NCBI GenBank assembly: GCA_000004985.1
Contig: GG738864.1
Direction: 5' to 3' (one strand)
Length of the DNA: 64,000 nt
DNA from: Naegleria gruberi
Lineage: Eukaryota
Shown: one piece after another, positions 34,112 through 45,143 of the stretch
Numbering within the stretch: position 1 is the first letter of the stretch
Layout of the letters: each line of letters starts with the position of its first letter
Notes under the pieces: generated by a model
Seen by the model: the letters and a program-made list of their open reading frames with translations, nothing else
What the model was told of the DNA's origin: nothing
Databases searched by the model: none
Translations under genes and position numbers: made by a program

Positions 34112-36196
34112 TTACACTGATACTGAAACTTGTTGAGTTTCTTCTTCTGATTTCACAGCAGAAGTTGCTTCTGGAAGAGTTTCTTCTTTTTGAGATTTAA
34201 GTGCTTCCTTTTGTTCATGGAGTGATGGTTTGAACTTGGCAACAACCAAGTAAATGACACAAATCACTAATGAAACAACTGACATGAAGATACAAATTGT
34301 CATGAAACCAAATTCTGGTTGACCATTTTCCTTAAAACGATCAATAGCTTGAGAAAGTCCAAAGGCAATCAAAGTTGTCAAGATAATGTAACATGAGTAT
34401 AAGAAACTCATGACAGCTGCCAGCTCATTAACACCAGTCTTTTCGTTTGGTTCTTCAGACAGAGTTGATTGCAAATAAGCAACTTGAGAAATATCACCAG
34501 CAGCCCAAGAACCTGAAATTAACATCATGGCAGGAACCATACAAATAGCAAATATCAAGTTGTCATCAGTCTTTTCATTAAATGTCAAGAATGGGAAAAT
34601 CCACATCAAATTCAAAAACAAGCAATCCAAAACAATCCAAACTGTTGGAAGTTTCACCTTCTTGGCAAATATTAAGAGCATTCCAGCTCCACACAATTCA
34701 CCAAAGTTACTTCCACCCAACAGAATTCCAGAATAAGATCCCTTCTTGAGGATGTTCTTACTGTAAGCAGGGAGGAAGATATTTTCAATCAATCTATGGA
34801 GAACTTGTGGAATGACAAAGCATGGAATCAACCAAATGTAATATCTGTTGGTGAGGACTAATTTGGCACCAATGTACATGCTCTTGAAATAATTCTTGAT
34901 GACAGTTCCAATCTTTTTCAAAATTCTTAAAACTTTGTTGTTTGGTTGAGGAGTTGTTTCTTGAGCTGAGGTTGTAGGAGCAGATTCAGTTGAAGGAACA
35001 TTAACTTGTTCTTTGGTTTCAGAATCTTCAAAGATTTCAACTTCCTTCACAGTAATGAAGAAGAGGAAAATGGAAGCAGCAATGAAAAATACTGGAATGT
35101 GGAAGAGAGCAAAAATAGTTCCCATCTTTTCAATGAAAACACTTGATAAGAAGGCACCAACTGTACCTGCCAATTCATACGTTATGTGAACACCTGCATT
35201 AATTCTCTTCAGCACTGACGATTCATTATTACCTAAAATGGAAGCTGGTATAATCTTTCTCAAAACTTCCATCACACCAACGCTGAATCCAATGAAAATG
35301 TAAATAGGGAAGATAATCCAAGGAGTCCACCAACCAGCAGTGGTCAAAGTGCCACCTGTCGAAGCTTCCAAAATAATCATGACCACCACCAAAAGGGCAA
35401 AGAAAACCAAAGAAAGACAATACAATCTGGTAGCTCTAATAATTTTCAAGAGACCTTCAACAGTTGATGAAGAAATGGATTGAGCCAAACCAAATGAAAT
35501 TGTTAACAAGCTCAAAATTGTGGTAGCTCCCAAAGCATTTCCATCCAATCTATTCAAAATGGTCAACCCAATAGCTCCTGATAATGTTTCATATGAAAAT
35601 TTGAAACACATTGTACCTAGTAAGAATAATATCAGATTGGCAACTCTTCTCTTGAATCCCTTTGGCCTTTTCTTTTCAGTAGTTTGATCTTGTGTTTTGT
35701 GTGATTTGTGGTGGGTTTGATGTTGAAAATGATGAATTTGATTATCAGTGTGAACCATAGTTGGTAAAACGTTCTCGTTAAAGCAATCAAGCACATCATC
35801 AATATTATTGGCAACATTTTCTGAAGTATCCGAAACTGATGAACTCGATGTGATGGTATTAGTAGTAGTATTAGTTAATGTTACAGTGTGATTGTGATTA
35901 TGTTGGTGAATTAAATTCAATTGAGATGGAATTGTACAAAGTTTCAGATCTAAATCTGAAATATCATTTACATTGGTTTCTGGTGGAATATCTACATTTT
36001 CTGCTTCAAAAACAGCCCGTTCTTTAACTTGTTTAGATTCTGATTTGCCTAAATCAACAGCACGATGATTATCAGCAGTTGATTCTTCTGTTTGAGAATG
36101 CAAGTGAGGACTAGTCGATTCTTCAACGACAATAACTTGAATTGTTACTTCTTCTTCTTCTCTGTGTTGAGTACTATTTTCATTCGAAACAGTCAT
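34112..36196 (-). CDS. Polytopic membrane transporter (MFS-like, about 12 TM) with long hydrophilic N-terminus and loop
   Basis: A single 694-aa ORF starts with ATG and ends with TAA. It has multiple hydrophobic helices (LILFLLGTMCFKF..., LVFFALLVVVMIILEAS...) and Gly/Ala-rich helices typical of major-facilitator permeases. No specific family signature is recognised. Confidence 0.55.
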   Translation of the reverse strand: MTVSNENSTQHREEEEVTIQVIVVEESTSPHLHSQTEESTADNHRAVDLGKSESKQVKERAVFEAENVDIPPETNVNDISDLDLKLCTIPSQLNLIHQHNHNHTVTLTNTTTNTITSSSSVSDTSENVANNIDDVLDCFNENVLPTMVHTDNQIHHFQHQTHHKSHKTQDQTTEKKRPKGFKRRVANLILFLLGTMCFKFSYETLSGAIGLTILNRLDGNALGATTILSLLTISFGLAQSISSSTVEGLLKIIRATRLYCLSLVFFALLVVVMIILEASTGGTLTTAGWWTPWIIFPIYIFIGFSVGVMEVLRKIIPASILGNNESSVLKRINAGVHITYELAGTVGAFLSSVFIEKMGTIFALFHIPVFFIAASIFLFFITVKEVEIFEDSETKEQVNVPSTESAPTTSAQETTPQPNNKVLRILKKIGTVIKNYFKSMYIGAKLVLTNRYYIWLIPCFVIPQVLHRLIENIFLPAYSKNILKKGSYSGILLGGSNFGELCGAGMLLIFAKKVKLPTVWIVLDCLFLNLMWIFPFLTFNEKTDDNLIFAICMVPAMMLISGSWAAGDISQVAYLQSTLSEEPNEKTGVNELAAVMSFLYSCYIILTTLIAFGLSQAIDRFKENGQPEFGFMTICIFMSVVSLVICVIYLVVAKFKPSLHEQKEALKSQKEETLPEATSAVKSEEETQQVSVSV

Positions 36197-36753
36197 CTTG
36201 AATATAACTGATAATGCGCTCTATCACTTCTTTGTTCTTTGAAAACAAGTGGTGTTTCGATTTCAAGTTGTTTTTTTAGATATTGTTAATATTTTCATAA
36301 GATCTCAATTAAGATTTTCAACTTATCCATTGGTGCTCAATATGATCATCATCATCACCAGGTTTTTTATTAAAATAACGGACCGAGTATGGACCTCATT
36401 GTTGATGCAACAAAAACATGCGAATTACTATTCTAACAAGTTATTTTCCTCAATCGTGCCTGATGATGCGATAAAGCTGAAGATATATGACATATGTTGA
36501 GGTGCATACTAATGGTTGGTACCTGTTTTATTTTGTCTATTTCTCAATGGATAGAAATTTTCCTCAATAGTGCGCGATATGTTTTTTTGCTGTTTGATGG
36601 TTTCTATTTTTGTAATGGCGGTGTGACTTTAGAATTTGGCGCCATACTAACAAAATTTCAGTTTAATGCTGTAGTTGCGGACTTGGAAATCGAATGAAAC
36701 TTTTACAAAGTATCAAGTTTTTGAAAGTTTAGAATAAGAAGATATTGAGATTT

Positions 36754-37707
36754 TTATTGATTCTTTGAATGTTTCCAACATTGATAGCACAATTGACCAT
36801 TTTCCAAGAAATTCAAATGCTTTGGTCTCCATCCCAAAACTTCCATTGCCTTTCTTGGGTTTACAATAACTGAATTTTCACACATTTCAGCTAACAAATC
36901 ATTTTGTGGAATTGGCTCAACTTGGAGGGAATCTTCTTCTCTGTGTGGTGAGCTTGGTTTCCATCCAGTTAGTTTGGCTAATTCAATTCTGAGATGACCA
37001 AATTCTGGATGATCGTTCAATGCAGTCACATTGAAAACTTGACCTGAAATTAAGTTTCTGCCAACTGTCAAGACTTTGACGTATGCTTCACTGAGATCAT
37101 CAACGTGTACCCAACTCCATTTCTTGTGTGGAGAACCAATTACGATAAGCTTATTGTCAGAAGTGATTTTAGGTTTGAAATAATCTTCGAATATACCTCC
37201 ACCACTTTTGCCATATACGAAACCGGGACGAATCACAACATTATCCAAATGCTTGTATTGCTCATTAAGCAATTTGAATTCTACCTCTCTTCTCTTATCC
37301 AGAGCAGGATGATTAGGTCTTTGAGGAAAAGTTTCGTCTACAATCGTATCATTTGTTCCATACGTCAAGATTCCACTCGTAAAAAGAAACAATAATTTAG
37401 GATGTTGTTTCTTAAACCGTTCAGCAGCATGTTCTTGAATTAACTGAATCATTTTCTCAGTATCATTGCTCAATCCAACACAATCAAGAATTGCACTTGT
37501 TCTCCACAATAAATTCTCATACTTCTCATCAGTGAATAATTGAGTAACGTTGGGCAAGATGAGTGGAGTAATTTCATTCGACCACATGAGATGTTCATGT
37601 TTATCTGAACGAACGGCTCCATGAACTGTAAAACCATTTCTTTGAAGTGCCTGAGCAACTCCCAATCCAATGTAACCATTGGCGCCAAGGACAATAACGG
37701 TGGACAT
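36754..37707 (-). CDS. NAD-dependent epimerase/dehydratase (extended SDR) family protein
   Basis: The Rossmann motif VIVLGANGYIGLGVAQAL sits right after the ATG at 37707 in an A-rich context. The track start at 37797 is a TTG, and an alternative ATG lies at 37791. The stop is TAA. Confidence 0.65.
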   Translation of the reverse strand: MSTVIVLGANGYIGLGVAQALQRNGFTVHGAVRSDKHEHLMWSNEITPLILPNVTQLFTDEKYENLLWRTSAILDCVGLSNDTEKMIQLIQEHAAERFKKQHPKLLFLFTSGILTYGTNDTIVDETFPQRPNHPALDKRREVEFKLLNEQYKHLDNVVIRPGFVYGKSGGGIFEDYFKPKITSDNKLIVIGSPHKKWSWVHVDDLSEAYVKVLTVGRNLISGQVFNVTALNDHPEFGHLRIELAKLTGWKPSSPHREEDSLQVEPIPQNDLLAEMCENSVIVNPRKAMEVLGWRPKHLNFLENGQLCYQCWKHSKNQ

Positions 37708-37943
37708 TTTGTTTGGTTTTCGAAATTTGTTTTGAAAATTCAGAGATTCTTTAAATAGTTCATTTGTGTCCCAGGAATGTACAATTTCCATTCCCAAATT
37801 CTTTTAAACTCCATAAAAAGAACTTGCCAAAATCAAATTCTGAATTTTTACAATTTTTTTTCAAACACACAAAAATTTGTTCGAGCGATCACTAAACTTT
37901 TTTGGTGGCAAAAAACGAAACTCTGAAAAATCCACACAAAAAA

Positions 37944-39164
37944 ATGTCTGAATATCCTACCATGACATCGTCCTCAGTGGCATTGCCTCGCCACCAATCC
38001 AACAATAATTCGGCCAACAAACGAACCATCCATCAAGTAGTGGTCGAAACCAGACCACCTCAAACTCCATCACTGGACGAAATTAGTGATGGTGTTGAAG
38101 ATGAGCTTAATACCACAATTAATACTCATCCACAAACACAACCAATGAAAAAGTATAAATTTGATTTGGAAATTAATAGAATTGATGATGAAGATAATCA
38201 AGATGATGAAATTGGTTGTTCCGAAAAGATTGAAGATGAAGATGAAGAAGAACAAGAATTGAAACCAAGACAAAGTTTTACTCAAGAAAATACGACACCA
38301 AATGTTGATGATATTGAGATGGAGGTAGATAATGAAGAAGATCCATCGATCAGTGAAAAGAATGATGGAGGAAATAATCAAGATTTAAACAATGATGTTG
38401 CTGCAGGACAGGAACAGGAAACACAAGGTAATGATGATGGAAATGGTTTGGAAATTCCTCAACCAATCGAAACTGGCCATACTAACCATGGAATGTTGAA
38501 TTATTTTGAAGATTTTGCATTAGAGATGGATAGCTCTGGACGAGTTTATTTTGAAGTGGAGATTTGTCATCAGACACCTTTGGTTGAGGATGAAGTTTCA
38601 TTCGAGATTGGAATTTGTAATAGTAATGAAGAATTGATAGCTATGAATAATTGTGGAAAAGTTCAATTGAATATGGAAAGTGTCATGGATATGGGAGTTG
38701 GATTGTTGAAAGAGAATGATGTAGTTGGTGTGCTTTTCAGTTTTGGAAAGATTTACTTTGTGCACAATGGAAAGAGAATTGCTCATGGTTTTGATTGGAA
38801 AGATATTCAGAATAGTTCTGGAAAGATTGTTTGTAGAAATAACTCTCAAAAGTTCTGTATTAAGAATAATAATTTTCTCTATTCTGGATATAGGAAAGTA
38901 TCAGGAAAGGATGATGCTCTTTCTGCTGCCATTAAAACTCCATTCACTGAGGTGATTCAGAAAATTACTCAACTCGAGATGGATTATTTAGTGAAAGAGA
39001 AGGAGAATAGAGAAATGAAATTATTCCACAATAATTTGAGTGCTAGAATGACGTTGAGTGAAGAGGAAGTTTCTCAACTTTCTGATATTAATATTTTCAA
39101 TTTGCAAAGCGTTATTCTTCAATCAATGACCTTGTTAAATGATGAGCTGAAAAATCGTAAATAA
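37944..39164 (+). CDS. SPRY (B30.2-like) domain protein with an acidic N-terminus
   Basis: The track start at 37902 is a TTG, and the first ATG is at 37944. An acidic region is followed by a SPRY core (RVYFEVEI...FEIGICN...GDVVGVLFSFGKIYFVHNGK). Confidence 0.6.
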   Translation: MSEYPTMTSSSVALPRHQSNNNSANKRTIHQVVVETRPPQTPSLDEISDGVEDELNTTINTHPQTQPMKKYKFDLEINRIDDEDNQDDEIGCSEKIEDEDEEEQELKPRQSFTQENTTPNVDDIEMEVDNEEDPSISEKNDGGNNQDLNNDVAAGQEQETQGNDDGNGLEIPQPIETGHTNHGMLNYFEDFALEMDSSGRVYFEVEICHQTPLVEDEVSFEIGICNSNEELIAMNNCGKVQLNMESVMDMGVGLLKENDVVGVLFSFGKIYFVHNGKRIAHGFDWKDIQNSSGKIVCRNNSQKFCIKNNNFLYSGYRKVSGKDDALSAAIKTPFTEVIQKITQLEMDYLVKEKENREMKLFHNNLSARMTLSEEEVSQLSDINIFNLQSVILQSMTLLNDELKNRK

Positions 39165-39241
39165 GCAGAGCTCTCTACATTATAGAGTTTCAATAATCAG
39201 TTTGAAAATGAATTTCAATTTATAATATACAATACACCTTC

Positions 39242-41095
39242 TTATTCTGAAACAGAAGCTCCTTTTCTTCTCATTACCAAATTACCAATCATGTACTTGG
39301 TAGTCAGAGTTTGAGCAATAGTTCCAATACCATCCACACCAATCTTTTCATTGTTACCAATATCGACACGTTTGAGAGTTTTGTGATCGATAAGAGCCTT
39401 GACTAAACTCTTGGCACCTGCATTATCGAATGGATTTCCGTGTAAACTCAAATCCTTGAGTCCTCTATTGTAAAGGATACCGTCATTACATAAACGAATA
39501 AGACCCTCTGATCCAATAGCATTGAATGACAAGTCCAAAGTTGCCAATGTCTTATTGGCCTTCAATCCTTCAGCGAGAGCTGAGCAACCTTCATCTCCAA
39601 TATTATTATGACCCAAATCCAAACGTTTGAGAAGTGAATTTGAGCATAGAGCTTTGGAAATTGATTTGGCACCATCTGAACCGACTCTATTATAGGAAAT
39701 ATCAAGTCTTTTGAGTGAAACATTGCCTAGTAAGAGATCGCTCAAATAAACACAACCAACATTTCCAATATTATTATGTGAAAGAGTTAATCTCTTCAAT
39801 GTAATGTTAATAAATAGACCGTCTATTAAATCACAAATACCAAAATCAGAAATCAAGTTAAATGACATATCAAGTGAAGTAATAGTTTGATTATCAGCCA
39901 AACCATGGGCCAATAACTTTAAATGTTCATCACCAACATTACAATTGACAATGGATAAACTCTTGAGTGAAACTCTAGAACTTTGAATACAGGTTGTAGT
40001 AAGAGCTTTCAAATCTGAAATTGTGAAAGGATCTTCACCTTCCAAAACTAATTTTTCAATATTAGATTCACGTTTAGCATCATTTTCCTTGTCTTCATCT
40101 GAAGAAGTATCAATAGCAGCAACTGCAGTCAATAACATAACAACAGACAAGAGTGGTCTCTCAACTCCACAAATTTTACAATCGACAAAGTAATCCTCAA
40201 CGAAAATACAAGCTCTAATTCTCTTAACCCAATCCTTGGCATCTTGCATACTTGGAGCAGCCATAAACAGTTCACGATCAGCTGCAATAACACAAAACTT
40301 GTACTTGTAGGCATTGCTTTCGAGTTTTCTTTGAATTTTTGATTGATCACCTCCACCTGCTGAGCTTTCATTATTTGCAGATGATGAATTGGATCCCTTA
40401 GTATTGGTTTCTTCATCTTCATCATCACTATCTAAATCTTCATTATCTAAAACTGTATTAATTCTAATAGTTTGAAAGAAACTATCATAATTTTGAATAT
40501 CTCCCAAATAATAAACTTGAGCTCCCTTCAAATCCATTCTACCTTTGACATCATTTTCATTCTTTTTAGCATTTTTGAAATAGGTCAACACTGAACCTTT
40601 AATTTGGAAATAACGCTATTTACACATTCATCACAAATTTCACATAAATTTCACATAAATTGTTATTCGAAATACATTATTAAAATAAATTTTCATCAAA
40701 TTCAATTTAAATTTCATCACCAATCATCATTATAACCACAATACAAATTACACATTTCATACGAAACTCAACTAAACACTTACCTTCTTCCAACTCTTCA
40801 CCACACGTCCTTCCTTTATCAAAAACCCTTCCTTCCACACTTTTTCATTATATTCCGTATAAATATCGAATCCCTGTGATCCAGGTGTACCAACAGGACT
40901 CGAAGGAGAAGACAAATCATGATTTGAATTTGTTCTGGAAATTGTTTGCAAAGTTGTTGGAGTAATTTGTGAAGTTCCACCGAGGTAGGAAAATCCGCTG
41001 CCACTTCCTTGTTTTTGTAGAGGTGAAGTGGTAGTTGGTGATCCTGTTGGTGTAGAGCTGCCTGAATCCTTCTTCTTGTTGAAGATGCTACGCAT
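39242..41095 (-). CDS. PH-domain + LRR (RI-type) protein (2 exons)
   Basis: Exons are 40784..41095 and 39242..40615. Exon 1 ends ...VWKEGFLIKEGRVVKSWKK followed by GTAAGT. A 168-nt intron (40616..40783, acceptor AATAG) leads to RYFQIKGSVLTYFKN..., which completes the PH fold. The downstream part has about 8 LRR_RI repeats. The track's M at 40591 is a non-ATG start. Confidence 0.65.
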
Positions 41096-41340
41096 TTTTT
41101 TTTAAATGGTTTGATGACACGTGACAGTTTGTTAAGTGGATGAACAGATATGAGTGAAAGGCAAGATTGAGGATGATGATCTGGTGACACACTAGTAGGG
41201 TAAATGAAACGAATCGTTTTTTAACATTGTTTACAATTATAAATATTTTTGTAACATGTTAAATATGTTTAAATATGTTTAACATATATTTAATTGCCTT
41301 TTATCAAGTATTTAACAAATATTTAAATATTTTAAAAAAA

Positions 41341-42219
41341 ATGAACAAAAGCCAACCACAAGAATTTATTCATCAAAATAGCAACAAAGAATTTAAAGAT
41401 GATAATGATGAAAAAGTAAAAACAATTAAAACTCAAGTCGGAGTGGATAATATTGCAATTTCAAAGAGTTCGGAATATTCTCTTTTTGATTGGTTTAATT
41501 ATTGGTTTAGGGGAATTACCTTGTCTGTTTCAACATTTGGAGCAGTGAGTAATCCTCATAAATATATTGAAAAACAAGGAGATTTATTACCTGATAGGCT
41601 GTCTCATGATTTCTATTCGAGAATTTATCGATTTAATAAGGAGGAGTATGTGGATGCTATTGTAAATGCAAAAGATGATGTACATGCCCCACTCACTCAC
41701 AACTATGAAGATTGCATGCAAGCAAGGAGAGGAATGACAATATTTGGAGTCGTCTCGGGTGGAATTTTTGGATCTGCCTTTGCCTATGCAAAGAATTTTG
41801 GTACAATTACCAATAGAAAGAGATATTTGCCTTATACATTGAGTGGAGTGTTGATTGGATTTACAATGTTTAGATTTGTGATTGCTCCAAGAACTGAGAG
41901 TTGTTTTGAGCAAATTATAAATCAAGCTCTTTCAGAGAGAATTATTACAAAGGGATACAATAACATGATGGAATACTATAAACAAAACGAGAAACCAAAG
42001 ATGGTGAATTGGAGTGACTATGAACTCGATAAGGAGCAACAGGACTATCTCAATACCAAAATGAGAGAACACATGCTCAATGCAATGAAGAAGGCTGGAT
42101 GTAATAAGGAAAGTATTGAATCTTTCACTGATGGTAATGAACTGGTGTGGAAGCAACATTTGGATGTCAATTTTAAAAGAAAATATCCATCTCATAGAAA
42201 GTATTTCGAGTTTTTATAA
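41341..42219 (+). CDS. Hypothetical protein (possible membrane-associated, glycine-zipper segment)
   Basis: The ATG at 41341 has an A-rich Kozak context. The upstream ATG at 41275 lies inside a repetitive AT-rich promoter-like stretch. GMTIFGVVSGGIFGSAFAYAKNFG is a hydrophobic/glycine-zipper segment. The stop is TAA at 42219. Confidence 0.45.
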   Translation: MNKSQPQEFIHQNSNKEFKDDNDEKVKTIKTQVGVDNIAISKSSEYSLFDWFNYWFRGITLSVSTFGAVSNPHKYIEKQGDLLPDRLSHDFYSRIYRFNKEEYVDAIVNAKDDVHAPLTHNYEDCMQARRGMTIFGVVSGGIFGSAFAYAKNFGTITNRKRYLPYTLSGVLIGFTMFRFVIAPRTESCFEQIINQALSERIITKGYNNMMEYYKQNEKPKMVNWSDYELDKEQQDYLNTKMREHMLNAMKKAGCNKESIESFTDGNELVWKQHLDVNFKRKYPSHRKYFEFL

Positions 42220-42231
42220 ACATTAATTATT

Positions 42232-43449
42232 TTACACTTCTTGTGATTTCTTTTCCTCACTTGTTGATGAAACAGGAGTGGAATCTTCTGTTTCTCTTAC
42301 TTGCAAGGAAGTATCCTCGATCGTTGATTCAAGATCTTTAGATCTCACATCATCATTAGTTGCCACTGGTAAATACATTTCCTTCTTTAATTTTTCCATT
42401 TCCTCCTTATATTTAAAGTAAGAGTAAGCAATAGTTCCTAATACAGCAACAGCTATTCCAACAATATGATTAACATTCATTGGTTTATCATTTCCAAAGA
42501 ATAAATATCCTCCAATAAGAATAGAAATAGTTTTAGCATGTCCTAAAACTTGGAAGCTAATAAAAGTTAAATCCAACTGTTGTAATAATATCAAAATACA
42601 TACGTAAGTGGTGATAATTTACCAATTACCAAGTAACCAGCAATATTCACAACAAAAGCAGCAAAGCATGAAATGATTACAGAAATCTGATTTGATTAGT
42701 TGGAGATTTGAAATGAAAAACTTACGAAAAATGATGGATCTTGGATGAATCTCATAAAGCTATATGAAATTGAATCAACACCATCAATTGGAACTGCCAA
42801 AGAACCAACTAGAATTGATGAATACAATGAATGGTTCAATAATAATTCAAAACCATTGAGTTCATATTCTTTACAAAAGTAATTGATGGCCTTTAAGAAA
42901 TTAGAATGAATAATCTTTTTAAATACTCACAATCTGAGATGATGCTCCAAAAATGATTGCCAACAATGCAATGATCGATCCGAAAAAGTTTAAATAGAAA
43001 TCTCCTCCAATAACTAAAGCCATTCCTAAAACAATTAACATTAAACAGGCCAAAATCTTTGGTTCTACAACAGTACGGAACCAAACATAATTAATAGCAA
43101 GAATACATGGAATTACCATCAATTTAGCCAGCTGATAAACAGTGATGGAATTGTGAATTAAACTCAAGTTTCCTACGAGAATGGCCGAACCAATATTCAA
43201 TGCAAAGATTATTCCTGTCCTCACTGGTAATATTTTAGCTTTAAACAATTGAATGATCGGGTTGGATGAAACTCTTGTTAACAAAGTCAACAAGATGGAA
43301 ATTATATAGCATGATAAAAAGTGCAAAGCCATGAGCATTGTACCAGCCACTCGTTTATCCGTATAAATATACTTGTTCAGAAATATAATAGCCACACTAC
43401 TCGCATAGGAAAATAGCAAATAGCCAGCTTCTTGATATATTTTCGACAT
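42232..43449 (-). CDS. TPT / nucleotide-sugar transporter (DMT superfamily, SLC35-like), 4 exons
   Basis: Exons are 42931..43449, 42726..42890, 42604..42686 and 42232..42556. The introns are 40 nt (GTGAGT..TTAAAG), 39 nt (GTAAGT..AATCAG) and 47 nt (GTATGT..TATTAG). Splicing restores the family motif NIAGYLVIGKLSPLTFQVLGHAKT. The C-terminal tail is hydrophilic. Confidence 0.7.
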
Positions 43450-43851
43450 TTTAAAGTATTTACAAAAATAATCCTAGATAAATTATGATATATCGTAATG
43501 ATGATGATGATGATATTTAATAAATTAAAATTTAAATCCAATGAAAGCCACAAAAAGTACCCAATGATCGCTGTCCTTTGTGTGGCTTCTTTTTTTTAAA
43601 AAGTTTAAAACTCTTCCAATGTCATTTCCCGCCCTAGAAAATAATGACAGTATCAAAATTTGAACAGCACACGTAACTTACCACATCATCATCACCAGAA
43701 GAAAGTGTTGTTGGGGCTGCTGATTATTGCATCTAGTGTATTGAAAGCAATTTGATTGCTGAGTTTTCATTCGGACTCCAATGATCTACTGTATTAAGGG
43801 CATTCATTGTACAATGATGAAGGAGATGGCAATTATGAAATTTCCAGAAAT

Positions 43852-44843
43852 TTACTTCTTTTCAGACTTTTTCTTCAAATTGGTAATAGTTTCCTTAAGA
43901 ATCGGATCAGCATAGGCTTGAGCTTGAGCATCAGCTTCTCTGGTGATCATTTGTTCAAGACCTTGAATTTGTTGCATTCTCAAATTCTTTAAACATAATT
44001 TGGTTGCAATTGGAGGATTTCTTGCAATACGAGCTGCATAGTCCAATGCCTTTTCTCTGAGTTTATCTTCACCTTCGACAACTTCATAGACCATTCCAAT
44101 TTCGAGAGCTTTTTGAGCAGAAATCAAGTCACCAGTCAATAATAAAACACTGGCATTTTGATGACCAAGTAAATAAGGGAGGAATATGTAGAGGCCATAC
44201 CTGGTGATAAACCAATATTTACAAAGTTGACACCAAGTTTGGCACTTGTTTCAGCAAATCTGACATCTGTGGCCAAACTGATGGCCAAACCAGCACCTAC
44301 AGCATGTCCATTCAAAGCAGAAATGGTTGGAACTGGAGAGAATTTCAAAAGTGGTTCCAAGAATGAATTATAAAATTGAATCATTCTTCCAGAATTATTA
44401 TATGGTTGATCATTACAACGTTCCAATAAGAAATCAAAATCACCACCTGCACTGAAAGCAGATTTAACACCAGGAGTTTTAGATGGAGCACCTGTCAAGA
44501 CAATACATCCCAAATTCTTGTTTTTCATAATTTTATCACTTGTGAAAAGATCTCTAAATTGTTGAGCAGTTTTAACACAGAGTGCATTCATCTTTTCTGG
44601 CTTGTTAATAGTAACAATTCCGATGGTGGTTTCTTGATTGAATGGAGTGGTGAATTTTGGAGCAATTTGTGAGAGTGGAACTTCTTCAAAGACAATAAAT
44701 TGTTCTTGATCCGATGATGATGATGAACGATTCATGGACATGGTAGAGAAGGATCTTGATGAAGGCATCTTCATCATTGAAAAGCGAGAGGAAGAAGTGG
44801 CTCCAACAAGGGAGAGGACACGTCTTGAAGTGTTTTTGATCAT
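43852..44843 (-). CDS. Enoyl-CoA hydratase/isomerase (crotonase) family, mitochondrial-type; single-base frame disruption near 44188-44193
   Basis: ORFs 44136..44843 (ALNGHAVGAGLAISLATDVRFAE...NIGLSPG) and 43852..44139 (..FLPYLLGHQNASVLLLTGDLISAQKA..) align continuously to the crotonase fold (GLIPGAGGTQRLPRLVG...LTGD). They are offset by one nucleotide, and no GT-AG intron fits. The N-terminus is rich in R, S and M, like a mitochondrial presequence. Confidence 0.6.
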
Positions 44844-45143
44844 TTTTTTTGATTGGTGTGAAAAGAGGTTAAATTTTGAATGGGTGATTGATTTCTATTG
44901 GATAGTAATTTTTGTTTGTAATCTTTCAATTTATAATGTTTGAGAAATCAAATTGAGGTTGTAAAGTTCATGTTTTATTCAATTGAATCATTGAAAAACA
45001 AATGAAATCCAAAATCACTTGAAAATATATTTCCATTTTCTAATAAATATACGATTCTTTACACTAGTTTATTGAAGATTTTTACAAACCTTCCTAATTA
45101 ATATTTCAATTACCTTCCAATTCAAGGTAAATAGATAATTTAT

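Noticed and set aside
41275-41340. The upstream ATG at 41275 as the start of the 41341 gene.
   Set aside because: It lies inside a repetitive AT-rich stretch (gtttaaatatgtttaacat repeats) that is typical of a promoter or 5' UTR. The ATG at 41341 has the A-rich context used by the other genes.
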